From contig CAYULD010000004.1 of NCBI GenBank assembly GCA_964445765.1, positions 83,296 to 147,295 on the forward strand: a DNA stretch of 64,000 nucleotides. The letters are read 5' to 3'. This stretch comes from an uncultured Rickettsiales bacterium (GTDB lineage: Bacteria > Pseudomonadota > Alphaproteobacteria > Rickettsiales > UBA8987). Below the pieces are notes generated by a model. That model searched no databases, was not told where the DNA came from, and saw only the letters and a list, made by a program, of their open reading frames with translations. Below, in pieces: positions 47,068-56,906 of the stretch (position 1 is its first letter; every line of letters starts with the position of its first letter). The translations under genes and the position numbers were made by a program.

Positions 47068-48841
47068 TAAATTTATTTATGTGAACACTGGTTTTATAAA
47101 AAATTTTTTGGTAATATACAGAAACTATAACAATAGTAATAATGAGTTAATTGAAAATTTTAGAAAATCTGAAAACTTTCCAGTAGCTTCATTTTTAATT
47201 ACAAACAAGGCAAGAAGTGCAATTTTAGCTTTATATAAATTTGCTAGAATTGCAGATGAAATTGCTGATGATAAAAATTTATCTTCGCAAGAAAAAACTT
47301 CACAATTAAATTATTTCAAAAATATTTTATGCGAATATCATAAATTTAATTTTGAGAATTTAGAATCTTTACAAGCCCCAGATTATATTAAAAAATACGC
47401 CCATTTTTGCCATAAGGGGGTTTATGATATTAGGCATATGGTAAATTTGTTGGAAGCATTTTTGCAAGATGCATCAAAAAATCGTTATAATCATTTTAAT
47501 GAAACTTTAGAATATTGCGATAAATCTGCAGCGGTGATTGGAAGAGCTTTTTTAGAGGCCTGCAGAGAGTTTGATTGTGATATTGAAAAATCTGATGATA
47601 TTTGTAGGGTTTTACAACTAATTAATCACCTGCAAGATTTGCAGTCTGATTATAAAAATCTTGATAGAATATATTTTGATGAGTCTTTTTTTCCCTCTTA
47701 TGAAAATCTAAATTTATCAAATGAAACGGAAGATATTACCATTGGAAAAAATAAAATTCTTAAAATTTTATTCAATAAACTTGCAAGGGCAAAAAGCCTG
47801 CCAGAGAAAATTAATAGCCCAAGAATTCGCATTGAGCTTTATACAATAATAAATATTTGCTTTGCATTAATTAAAAAATTAAGAAAAAATGATATTCTTA
47901 AAAAGCGAGTAAAAATAAGTAAAATTGAAGGTTTATATTGTTTTATAATTGCCATTTTTCAATCACTGAAAGTAAAAAAAATTGGCAGAATATCAGAAAT
48001 TATCTCTCTAAAATCTAAAAGTTCTTTTATTTGGCCTCTGAAATTTTTAGCCAAAGACAAATTTCAGGATATGATAAATTTTTATGCGTTCTGCAAGAAA
48101 GCTGATGATATTGCAGATAATATTGATAAAAATTCTGATGCTGAAGATAATATTAAATTTATTAAAAATGAAATTGAGGGAATAAAAAATTTAGATTTTT
48201 ATTCATATCCAAAAAGCTCAATTATTAGAGAATTAAATTTAGTATCCGTAAAATATAATTTGGATAAAAATATTTTTCTTCAAATTATAGAAGGGCAGGT
48301 GATGGATTTATCTGGAAAAATGAAATATCCCAGCTTTGAAGTTTTAGATGAATATATTTATAAAGTTGCCTCTTGCGTAGGTTTAATATCTGTAGAAATT
48401 TTTGGTTATGATAAGAAAAATACTCAAAAAATAAATGAATTTGCAATTAATTTAGGTAAGGCACTTCAGCTAATAAATATCGTTAGAGATGTTGAGGAAG
48501 ACGCAAAAATTGATCGGGTATATATTCCTAAAAATTTAGCGGTGAAATATGGCTTTGATAATGAAATTACTTATAAAATTGCCGTTGATTATTCTAGTTA
48601 TTTGCAAAAAATAAAACCTGCCCTAAAAGAGCTTGCAAGAATGGCAGAAGGCTATTTTTATAAGTCTATGAATATTTTACCAGAAGATGAAAAAGAAAAT
48701 ATGCGAATTGCAATTATTATGGCCAGAGTTTATGAGATTTATCTCAAAAAAATGAAAGAAAAAGATTATGAATTTTCAAAAAATCAAATTTCACTTAATA
48801 CATTTGAGAAAATTGGTCTAATAAATCGTTATATTATTTAA
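47054..48841 (+). CDS. Two-domain squalene/phytoene-synthase-family protein: HpnC-like N-domain fused to an HpnD-like C-domain
   Basis: Domain 1 has ENFPVASFLI...YKFARIADEIADD and NHLQDLQSDYKNLDRIYF. Domain 2 has SSFIWPLKFL...FYAFCKKADDIADN and INIVRDVEEDAKIDRVYIP. The start is uncertain: the TTG at 47054 lies inside the dnaK terminator, and the GTG at 47081 is an alternative. Confidence 0.75.
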   Translation: MKGLIKFIYVNTGFIKNFLVIYRNYNNSNNELIENFRKSENFPVASFLITNKARSAILALYKFARIADEIADDKNLSSQEKTSQLNYFKNILCEYHKFNFENLESLQAPDYIKKYAHFCHKGVYDIRHMVNLLEAFLQDASKNRYNHFNETLEYCDKSAAVIGRAFLEACREFDCDIEKSDDICRVLQLINHLQDLQSDYKNLDRIYFDESFFPSYENLNLSNETEDITIGKNKILKILFNKLARAKSLPEKINSPRIRIELYTIINICFALIKKLRKNDILKKRVKISKIEGLYCFIIAIFQSLKVKKIGRISEIISLKSKSSFIWPLKFLAKDKFQDMINFYAFCKKADDIADNIDKNSDAEDNIKFIKNEIEGIKNLDFYSYPKSSIIRELNLVSVKYNLDKNIFLQIIEGQVMDLSGKMKYPSFEVLDEYIYKVASCVGLISVEIFGYDKKNTQKINEFAINLGKALQLINIVRDVEEDAKIDRVYIPKNLAVKYGFDNEITYKIAVDYSSYLQKIKPALKELARMAEGYFYKSMNILPEDEKENMRIAIIMARVYEIYLKKMKEKDYEFSKNQISLNTFEKIGLINRYII

Positions 48842-48842
48842 T

Positions 48843-49829
48843 ATGAATATTTTAGAAAAAAATAAAAAATTATTTGAGAAAGAATTAAAACTTGTGGATA
48901 AAAAAATTCTATCACTTGGTAATAATCGCCCAGATTTAATTAAAATTTTATTGCAACATATTCTTTCTGCTGGTGGCAAAAGGTTAAGACCAATTATAGT
49001 TATCCTAACTGCAAAAATGTTGGGTGGTAAAAGTAGTAAAATTATAGATATGGCTTGCTGTGTGGAGCTTTTACACACTGCAACTTTATTTCACGATGAT
49101 GTTGTAGATGGTAGTAAACTTCGCAGAGGCAGAAAAACTGCTAATGAATTATGGGGAAATTCAGCAAGTGTTTTGGTGGGTGATTTTTTATTGGCAGAAG
49201 CCTTTAAGCTGATGAGTGATTGCGGTAGTTTGGAAATTATAGAAATTCTTTCAAAAACTTCTTCAATAATTACTGAGGGTGAAATTAAGCAATTAATGCA
49301 TAAGGCAGATATTACAATCTCACTTGAAGAATATATTAATATTATAACTTCTAAAACTGCTGAATTATTTTCTGCTTGTGCTTCTGTTGGTGCGGTTATT
49401 GCCGGTGCAGATAAATCTCAGAAGAAGAAAGCGGCAGATTTTGGAAAGTTTCTAGGTATAGCCTTTCAAATTGCTGATGATAATTTAGATTATTTTGCAG
49501 ATGAAAAAAACTGGGGCAAAAATCTGGGTGATGATTTTAGAGAGGGAAAAGCAACCCTGCCAGCTATTTATACTTATTCTAAAATTTCTGATAAAAATTA
49601 TAAAAAGCATTTAGAAAATTTATTCATTCAAGATGAAGAAATAAGAACTCAGACGGAGTTTAATAAGTTTCTTGATAATATGAAAAAATTTAATGCTTAT
49701 GAATATACTAAAGAAGTTTCTGAAAGTTATTCAAATAAAGCTCGTTTAGCAATTTCTAAAATGCCAGAAAATCAATGTAAAGAATTATTGCTAAATATCA
49801 TAAACTACTCAAGCAATAGAAGTAAATAA
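48843..49829 (+). CDS. ispB: Long-chain polyprenyl (octaprenyl-type) diphosphate synthase
   Basis: LLHTATLFHDDVVDGSKLRRGRKTANELWGN and FQIADDNLDY are the two Asp-rich motifs. The ATG is 1 nt after the upstream stop. Confidence 0.85.
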   Translation: MNILEKNKKLFEKELKLVDKKILSLGNNRPDLIKILLQHILSAGGKRLRPIIVILTAKMLGGKSSKIIDMACCVELLHTATLFHDDVVDGSKLRRGRKTANELWGNSASVLVGDFLLAEAFKLMSDCGSLEIIEILSKTSSIITEGEIKQLMHKADITISLEEYINIITSKTAELFSACASVGAVIAGADKSQKKKAADFGKFLGIAFQIADDNLDYFADEKNWGKNLGDDFREGKATLPAIYTYSKISDKNYKKHLENLFIQDEEIRTQTEFNKFLDNMKKFNAYEYTKEVSESYSNKARLAISKMPENQCKELLLNIINYSSNRSK

Positions 49830-49972
49830 TCTTTTAGTGTCAATTGCAAATAGTTGTTTTAGACATCTAAAATGCCTAATATTCAATGGCTTAAGTCCAG
49901 ATTATCATTTTTCTTGTATTTTAATAATAACAAGTGTTTATATACGCCTTACAAAACAAAAAATTTAATTTT

Positions 49973-50161
49973 ATGGGATTTGGAGTTACTGAGCTTATTC
50001 TTATTGCAATTATAATTTTTGTTATATTTGGGGCGGGAAAATTACCAAAGGTTATGGGTGATCTTGGTAAAGGTATTAAGAGCTTTAAGGAAGCAGTAAA
50101 AGATGAAGATAAAAATTCCGAAGCTAAGCCCTCTGCTAGTGATGAAAAGAATCAAAGCTAG
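49973..50161 (+). CDS. tatA: Twin-arginine translocase subunit TatA/E
   Basis: MGFGVTELILIAIIIFVIFGAGKLPKVMGDLGKGIKSFK is a canonical TatA. I use the ATG at 49973. Confidence 0.9.
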   Translation: MGFGVTELILIAIIIFVIFGAGKLPKVMGDLGKGIKSFKEAVKDEDKNSEAKPSASDEKNQS

Positions 50162-50184
50162 TATCTAACCAATTTTATATTTGA

Positions 50185-52158
50185 ATGACACTGAACACTA
50201 TTCGCAATTTCTTTTTTGGAAAACCTTTAGACCCTCTTGATAATAAAGTTAGACAGCATATAGCACTTGCAACATTTTTGGCTTGGGTAGGGCTTGGTGC
50301 AGATGGTATATCTTCCGCTTGTTATGGCCCTGAAGAAACTTTTCTTGCACTTGGAAGCCATAGCGCGCTTGCAATTATTCTTGCGGTTGCAACTGGTGTT
50401 ACGGTTTTTTTAATTGCGTTATCATATAATCAAATCATTGAAAAATTCCCCTCTGGTGGTGGTGGTTATAAAGTTGCCTCAACATTAATTTCACCTAAAG
50501 CTGGCTTAGTTGCTGGTGGTGCATTAGTTATTGATTATGTATTAACAATCGCAATTTCTATCGCCGCCGGCGTTGATGCACTTTATAGCTTAGTGCCTGA
50601 TGAATATCAGATGAATAAAGTAATGCTAATTTGCATATTAGTTGTTGCCCTTACTTATACTAATTTAAGGGGAATGAAAGAATCAGTAAAAATTTTAATG
50701 CCTATATTTTTGGGTTTTATTATCACGCATATTTTTCTTATTTTATATGGAATTTTTGGTCACGCTTATGGTTTAGAAAAAATTATTCCAGAAGCCGTTA
50801 AAGAAACTAAAATCACTGCAAATGAACTAGGTTGGGTGGGTGGCGCTTTAATATTATTCAAAGCCTTTTCATTAGGTGGTGGAACATATACAGGCTTAGA
50901 AGCTGTATCAAATAGCATTACAAGCCTTGCAGAGCCTAGAGTAAAAACTGCAAAGGCAACAATGTTAGCCCTTGCAACCTCCCTTGCATTTATGGCAATG
51001 GGAACAATTTTAATTTATTTACTATGGAATGTTGAAAAGGTGGAGGGCCAAACCCTTAACGCTACAGCATTTCTTAACATTACTGAAGAATGGAAAATTG
51101 GTGGTTATTATATCTCTGAGCCTTTTGTTTTTGTGGTATTATTATTTGAAGCATTATTATTATTTGTTGCCGCCAATACTGGCTTTATAAGTGGCCCTAA
51201 TGTGCTTGCGGCAATGGCTTCTGATAGATGGCTACCTATGCAATTTAGCTCCCTCTCAAGCAGATTAGTTACCAGAAATGGCGTTATAATTATGGGTGTA
51301 TCTGCCATTATTTGCACTATTTTAACCAAGGGTGTTGTTCATACATTAGTAATTTTATACTCAATCAATGTATTTATAACTTTCTGTTTATCATTAACTG
51401 GCATAACACTTTATAATCTCAAAAATCGCAAATTAGTTGCGAATGGTTATAAAAAAATTCTTCTACCATTATGTGCATTAATTGTTTGTTCAACAATTTT
51501 AACAATGACAATCTATGAAAAATTCTTTGAGGGTGGCTGGCTAACACTTGGCATTACAGGGGCTTTAGTTGCTTTTTGTATTTTTATTAGAAAATATTAT
51601 AAAACTACTGATAAAAAAATTAAAGAATATGAAAATGAAATTGAGCAAAGTTTTAATCAGTCAATCAACTGTATGGAAATTTGCCCTGACCTTGATGAAG
51701 ATAAGCAAACAGCAGTTATTTTGCTTAATGATAAATCCGCAAGTGGCTTATATTCATTAAAGTGGATAAATGATGCATTCCCTAATCAATTTTCAAATTT
51801 TGTGTTTGTTTCAGTTGGTGAAATAGATCACGATGATTTTATTCACGAAGAAGATTTGAAAAAACTTAAGGCAGAAACTAGGGCAAATCTTAAAAAATAT
51901 ATTGATGTTACTAGAAAATTGGGGCTTCCTGCGGAGTATGAAATTAGATACAGTACAGATGTAATTGGCAGTTTAACTGACATTGCAGAAGATGTTGCGA
52001 AGAGATATAAACATTCAATTTTCTTCACTAATAAATTGATAAACGATAAAGATAACCCAATTCTACAATTTTTATATAACCAAATTGCTTATATTTTACA
52101 AAGAAGGTTGCATAATAGGGGTATGGATATGATAGTAATTCCGCTAAGGTTACATTAA
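50185..52158 (+). CDS. APC-superfamily permease with a C-terminal cytoplasmic domain (KimA-like, possibly a K+/H+ symporter)
   Basis: The N-terminus ...FFGKPLDP...SSACYGPEE...SYNQIIEKFPSGGGGYKV resembles what I recall of KimA. About 12 TM segments plus a ~170-aa soluble tail. Confidence 0.6.
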   Translation: MTLNTIRNFFFGKPLDPLDNKVRQHIALATFLAWVGLGADGISSACYGPEETFLALGSHSALAIILAVATGVTVFLIALSYNQIIEKFPSGGGGYKVASTLISPKAGLVAGGALVIDYVLTIAISIAAGVDALYSLVPDEYQMNKVMLICILVVALTYTNLRGMKESVKILMPIFLGFIITHIFLILYGIFGHAYGLEKIIPEAVKETKITANELGWVGGALILFKAFSLGGGTYTGLEAVSNSITSLAEPRVKTAKATMLALATSLAFMAMGTILIYLLWNVEKVEGQTLNATAFLNITEEWKIGGYYISEPFVFVVLLFEALLLFVAANTGFISGPNVLAAMASDRWLPMQFSSLSSRLVTRNGVIIMGVSAIICTILTKGVVHTLVILYSINVFITFCLSLTGITLYNLKNRKLVANGYKKILLPLCALIVCSTILTMTIYEKFFEGGWLTLGITGALVAFCIFIRKYYKTTDKKIKEYENEIEQSFNQSINCMEICPDLDEDKQTAVILLNDKSASGLYSLKWINDAFPNQFSNFVFVSVGEIDHDDFIHEEDLKKLKAETRANLKKYIDVTRKLGLPAEYEIRYSTDVIGSLTDIAEDVAKRYKHSIFFTNKLINDKDNPILQFLYNQIAYILQRRLHNRGMDMIVIPLRLH

Positions 52159-52170
52159 TTTTTTTGTGAA

Positions 52171-52890
52171 ATGAAAAATAAAAAACCTATTGTTGGTGTT
52201 ATTCTTGACTTTGAAGAAGGCGGTGAAAGTAAATATTCGCCCTTTCCATTTTACGCACTGCGTAAAAATTATTTTGATGCAATTTCATTAGCGGGTGGCT
52301 TACCAGTAGCCATTCCCTATGATAATTCTGCAATTGAGCAATATCTTAATATATTAGATGGTTTAGTTATAGCAGGTGGAAATTTTGATATTCCTCCAAG
52401 TTTTTATGGTGATAATGAAATTCACCAAACAGTTACAACTAATGAAGCTCGCACTAATTTTGAATTTTCTCTTACCAAAAAATTTATAGATGAAAATAAA
52501 TCTGTGCTTGGAATTTGTGGCGGTATGCAATTAATTAATGTTGTTTGCGGCGGAAGTTTATATCAAGATATTCCATCACAAATTTCAGGAGCTTTTAATC
52601 ACGAAGTTAAAGATAGGTTAAAAGCTGCTCATAATATAGAAATCTCAGAAAATTCTATGTTATATAAAATTGTAAAATCAACAAAATTAGGGGTTAATAC
52701 TTCTCATCACCAAGCGGTTAAAAAAGTTGCAGATGGTTTTATTGCATCTGCAAAAGCAGAAGATGGAGTTGTAGAAGCCATAGAAAATCCATCTAAAAAA
52801 TTTGTTCTGGGCACGCAATGGCACCCAGAATATTTAATCAGCGAAGAAGAAAAAAACTTTTATAAATACTTCATTAATTCTTGTAAGTAA
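52171..52890 (+). CDS. Class I glutamine amidotransferase-like gamma-glutamyl hydrolase (PuuD / peptidase C26 family)
   Basis: GICGGMQLINV contains the nucleophile Cys. SHHQAV and QWHPE motifs are also present. Confidence 0.8.
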   Translation: MKNKKPIVGVILDFEEGGESKYSPFPFYALRKNYFDAISLAGGLPVAIPYDNSAIEQYLNILDGLVIAGGNFDIPPSFYGDNEIHQTVTTNEARTNFEFSLTKKFIDENKSVLGICGGMQLINVVCGGSLYQDIPSQISGAFNHEVKDRLKAAHNIEISENSMLYKIVKSTKLGVNTSHHQAVKKVADGFIASAKAEDGVVEAIENPSKKFVLGTQWHPEYLISEEEKNFYKYFINSCK

Positions 52891-52898
52891 AAATAATT

Positions 52899-53462
52899 TT
52901 AGCCAAAAAACTTGCTAGTTATTTCAGCAACTCTTTTGCCAAATAATATTGCAGTTTCTATATCACCTGAAGATGGCGTATTTTCTGGTGATGCATTATC
53001 AGATTGCGTCATAAGACCAAGTGATGAGCCCATTCTGTTAATTTGATCTGGCTTTCCGCCGTGTTCTTTTGAGGAAGCTGGCATTTCAGCTTGCCCAACC
53101 CATATCATTCCATTTTGAGATGCGTATATTGAAAGCGTAATTAAAGTGTTTAACTTATCACCACTTAAAGAGCCTGAATTTGTAAAGCCTGCAGCAATCT
53201 TATTTTTCCAAGCCTGAGTAAACCATTTTTTTGAAGAGGCATCCATAAATTCTTTGAACTTAGCAGAAACTGAGCCCATATAAGTTGGTGAGCCAAAAAT
53301 AATGCCATCAAAATTATCTATTTCATCTAAGTTAGAAATTGCCTCATCAGCGTTAAATATTTTAACTTTACTTCCAGCTTTTTTTACGCCTTCTGCAATA
53401 AATTCTGCCACTTTTTTAGTATGACCATAACCGCTGTGATAAATAATTGCTATATTAGACAT
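52899..53462 (-). CDS. Flavodoxin-like NAD(P)H:quinone oxidoreductase (WrbA family)
   Basis: IAIIYHSGYGHTKKVAEFIAEG and FGSPTYMG fit the flavodoxin-fold FMN-binding pattern. Confidence 0.7.
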   Translation of the reverse strand: MSNIAIIYHSGYGHTKKVAEFIAEGVKKAGSKVKIFNADEAISNLDEIDNFDGIIFGSPTYMGSVSAKFKEFMDASSKKWFTQAWKNKIAAGFTNSGSLSGDKLNTLITLSIYASQNGMIWVGQAEMPASSKEHGGKPDQINRMGSSLGLMTQSDNASPENTPSSGDIETAILFGKRVAEITSKFFG

Positions 53463-53530
53463 TTTAATTTTTTTAGTTTGTTACAACTTTACAAATAAAC
53501 TTAGTTGAAAAACTTAATAATTAATTAGAG

Positions 53531-53854
53531 TTAATTATTTCTACCTCCATCTATATCTGGTGCGTTATACCAAGATTTTATTTCCTCTGGAGTCATTATA
53601 TTATTGGGTTTATGTTGATCAGCTATAACGTATTGATATAAAATATTAATCCAGTATTTTACATCAATAATTTTATTGGGTTGAATGTTTTTATTATTTT
53701 GACTTTTTAATAATTCTTCTAAATTATCAAAGCTATTGATAATCTTTGCGTATTTTGAATTTTGAGTCCCTGCATTTTTTAACAAGAAATTGACTTCTTC
53801 TTTAATAGTTAGGAATTTTTGTTCTAGGCTAATTTCAGAGTTATTTTTATTCAT
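53531..53854 (-). CDS. Hypothetical protein (107 aa)
   Basis: An ORF 5 nt downstream of dapA on the same strand. No recognisable motif. Confidence 0.4.
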   Translation of the reverse strand: MNKNNSEISLEQKFLTIKEEVNFLLKNAGTQNSKYAKIINSFDNLEELLKSQNNKNIQPNKIIDVKYWINILYQYVIADQHKPNNIMTPEEIKSWYNAPDIDGGRNN

Positions 53855-53859
53855 AAATT

Positions 53860-54765
53860 TTAAATAAAATTCTTAATTTTTTCTAATGTTTTTGAAAGTT
53901 TAGCTTGGGTTTCGTTGCTAATTTTAACTAGTGGTAGCCTTAGATTGCCAGAGCATAAGCCAAAATATTCCATTGCAAATTTTATGGGTTGAGGTGAAGA
54001 TTCTAAAAATAAATCTTTATGTAAATCTGTAATTTTATTATCTAAAATTTCAGCCTCAGAGAATTTATTGTTAAGGGTTAAATTTTGCACCTCAGAGATA
54101 ATTTTTGGCACTAAATTTGAGCTAACTGAAATACAGCCAACACCTCCTAATTTGTTAAATTCAACGGCGGTTTCATCATCACCCGATAATTGATAAAATA
54201 TTTTATTTTTTAGTTTTGAATTATTTTCAAATATTTTTTTCAGATTTGTTGGACGAGATAAATCACCAGTGGCGTCTTTAATTCCAACAATTCTAGGTAA
54301 CTCAGAAATTCTGGCGATGGTTTCATCTTTTATATCAACAACACTTCGCCCGGGGATATTATAAATAATTATTGGAATATTTGTAGCATCGTGAATTGCC
54401 TTGAAATGCTGGAAAATACCTTCTTGGGTGGGTTTGTTGTAATATGGTGTCATAATCAAAGCACCATCTGCACCAGCTTTTTGGGCGTGAAGAGTTCTTT
54501 CAATAGCTTCACGAGTAGAATTTGAACCTGTTCCAGCTAAAACTGGAATTCTTTTCTTTACAATTTGAACAGATACCTCAATAATCTTGTCGTGTTCAAA
54601 ATTAGTTAGTGTTGGAGATTCACCAGTTGTGCCACAAGGCACAATACCGTGTATTCCTGAAGATATTTGCCTTTCAAGCAAGGCTTCAAATGTTTTATAA
54701 TCAACCGCTTCTAAATTTGAGGCTTCAAAAGGTGTTATTAATGCTGTATAGGAGCCCTTGAACAT
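53860..54765 (-). CDS. dapA: 4-hydroxy-tetrahydrodipicolinate synthase
   Basis: GIVPCGTTGES, the YYNKP motif and the active-site context IVGIKDATGD are present. Confidence 0.93.
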   Translation of the reverse strand: MFKGSYTALITPFEASNLEAVDYKTFEALLERQISSGIHGIVPCGTTGESPTLTNFEHDKIIEVSVQIVKKRIPVLAGTGSNSTREAIERTLHAQKAGADGALIMTPYYNKPTQEGIFQHFKAIHDATNIPIIIYNIPGRSVVDIKDETIARISELPRIVGIKDATGDLSRPTNLKKIFENNSKLKNKIFYQLSGDDETAVEFNKLGGVGCISVSSNLVPKIISEVQNLTLNNKFSEAEILDNKITDLHKDLFLESSPQPIKFAMEYFGLCSGNLRLPLVKISNETQAKLSKTLEKIKNFI

Positions 54766-54789
54766 AATTATTGTTTAGTATTTATATTG

Positions 54790-56847
54790 ATGATGCAAAA
54801 GTTTTTATACACATTAGTAATTTTTTTTACAATTCAATTTATTGGTCAAAGCTCAGTAAATGCGGATATTAATAATATCCATAAATGGCCGGTTAATAAT
54901 TATGAAGTTCAAAAACTTGGCAGTTCTATTAGAGATTTTCGCAGGCAAAATTGGCGTTCTTCAGTGCTTGATAAGAATACGCCCGCAGACCCTGTAATTA
55001 AAAAAATTCTTCGTTGGCGAGAATATGTTGGTGGCTCACCATCAACAACCTTTAAGGAAATTACTGACTTTATAAAATATGATCCATATTGGCCAAGGCA
55101 AGATGATCTTCGTAAAAATGCAGAATATGCTATCACTGAAACCACTAACCCAGAAGATATAATTAGATGGTTTGCAATTAATACGCCAACTTCAAAAGTA
55201 AAAATGCGATTCAAAAGGCCACTAACCCCTAAAGGTATGATTGCCTTAGCAGATGCACTAATTAAAAAATATAATGTTTATAATATTGATAAAGCAATAA
55301 TCTTAACACTTATTAAAGAGGCTTGGTATTTTTATGATTTCACCCCAAATGAAGAAAGAAAGTTTCTTGCAAAATATGGTAAGGTTTTAGTGGAGAGGGA
55401 TTTTCAACGCAAATTAGATAGATTTTTAACTGAAAGAAAATTTGGCGGTGCTTCTAGAATGACAAGATATATTGGTGCTGATTATAAAAAATTATATCAA
55501 GCAAGAATGGCATTGATTAACAATTCTAGAAATTATCAATCATTATTAAGCCAAGTTCCGCAGAATTTACAAAATGATCAAGGCTTGATTTTTGAAAGAA
55601 TTAAATGGCGTCAAAGTAGAAATATGTCTGATGGGGTTTTAGAGCTTCTAAAAATGTTGCCATCACAAGTTGATTATCCAGAGAAATGGTGGAATATTCG
55701 CAAGAAATATGTAACCGATTTAATCCAAAAAAAACGCTATGTTGAAGCCTATTATATGGCGAAAGATCATTCTATTAAACTTGATAGAACAAAAATTGCA
55801 GAGGCAGAATGGTTTGCAGGTTGGCTTGCACTAAGATTTATCAAAAATAAAGATGCGGCAATCAGACATTTTAGAAGAATTTATGATGTTTCCCAAGCAC
55901 CAATTTCAATCGCAAGGGGTGCATATTGGCTTGGCAGAGCTAATGAAGAAAAGGGCAATAAAATTGAAGCGTTAAGATGGTATAGGGAAGGGGCTAAATA
56001 TCCGGTTGTATATTATGGGCAGTTATCTGTTATAAAATCAGGTTCAAGGGTGGCTACAATTCCAATGGCTTCAACAATTTCTTCTGAAGATTTAGCTAAT
56101 TACAGAAATAATGAACTAGCAAAAGCCGCTTATATATTAAATATGATTGGTGAAAATGGCTATGGTAAAGAATTTATTATCGCCGCCGCCGCTGCTGCAC
56201 AAACCTCTGGTGAGCGTGTTTTAGTTGCTCAAATGGGCTTGGAGCGTGGCAGATATGACTATGCTTTAAGGGTTGCAAAAGAGATTTATAAAATCAAAAA
56301 AGAAGTTGTTATAAATTCATTATTTCCATTATTTAAGTTAGAGACTGTAAACGGCACGCCAGTTAAAAACCCCGAGGAAGCTGCTGTTCTTGCAATTATG
56401 AGGCAAGAATCTGAATTTGATGTTAGTGCTTTAAGCCCAGCGGGTGCAAGGGGTTTAATGCAAATTATGCCAGCAACTGCCCAAATGGTAGCAAGGCAAC
56501 TAAAACTGCCATATAGCAGAGATAGGCTAATTTCTGATCCAAGATATAATATCACATTAGGGGCGGCTTATCTTGCAAGTCGCTTAAAAAGATTTGATGG
56601 TAGTTATATGCTTGCGTTTGCCTCTTATAATGCTGGTGAAGGTAATGTGCAAAAATGGATAAATCGCTATGGTGACCCTAGAAATTTTAGTTCTTTAGAG
56701 CAAGTTATTGACTGGGCAGAGCTTATTCCATTTAGTGAAACGCAAAATTATGTTCAAAGGACTATTGAAAACCTGCAAGTTTATAGAATTGCCCTCTCTG
56801 GCAATAAAACTGGTGAAATTTATATTGATAAGGATTTGTTGAGATGA
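54790..56847 (+). CDS. slt: Soluble lytic murein transglycosylase (Slt70-like)
   Basis: The C-terminal SLT domain has MRQESEFDVSALSPAGARGLMQIMPATA and AYNAG. A long superhelical N-domain and a signal peptide are also present. Confidence 0.88.
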   Translation: MMQKFLYTLVIFFTIQFIGQSSVNADINNIHKWPVNNYEVQKLGSSIRDFRRQNWRSSVLDKNTPADPVIKKILRWREYVGGSPSTTFKEITDFIKYDPYWPRQDDLRKNAEYAITETTNPEDIIRWFAINTPTSKVKMRFKRPLTPKGMIALADALIKKYNVYNIDKAIILTLIKEAWYFYDFTPNEERKFLAKYGKVLVERDFQRKLDRFLTERKFGGASRMTRYIGADYKKLYQARMALINNSRNYQSLLSQVPQNLQNDQGLIFERIKWRQSRNMSDGVLELLKMLPSQVDYPEKWWNIRKKYVTDLIQKKRYVEAYYMAKDHSIKLDRTKIAEAEWFAGWLALRFIKNKDAAIRHFRRIYDVSQAPISIARGAYWLGRANEEKGNKIEALRWYREGAKYPVVYYGQLSVIKSGSRVATIPMASTISSEDLANYRNNELAKAAYILNMIGENGYGKEFIIAAAAAAQTSGERVLVAQMGLERGRYDYALRVAKEIYKIKKEVVINSLFPLFKLETVNGTPVKNPEEAAVLAIMRQESEFDVSALSPAGARGLMQIMPATAQMVARQLKLPYSRDRLISDPRYNITLGAAYLASRLKRFDGSYMLAFASYNAGEGNVQKWINRYGDPRNFSSLEQVIDWAELIPFSETQNYVQRTIENLQVYRIALSGNKTGEIYIDKDLLR

Positions 56848-56906
56848 GTAAAAAATATTAATATTCTCAATTTTTTTAGAAATATTAAAACTTAAAGCAA
56901 AGGCAA

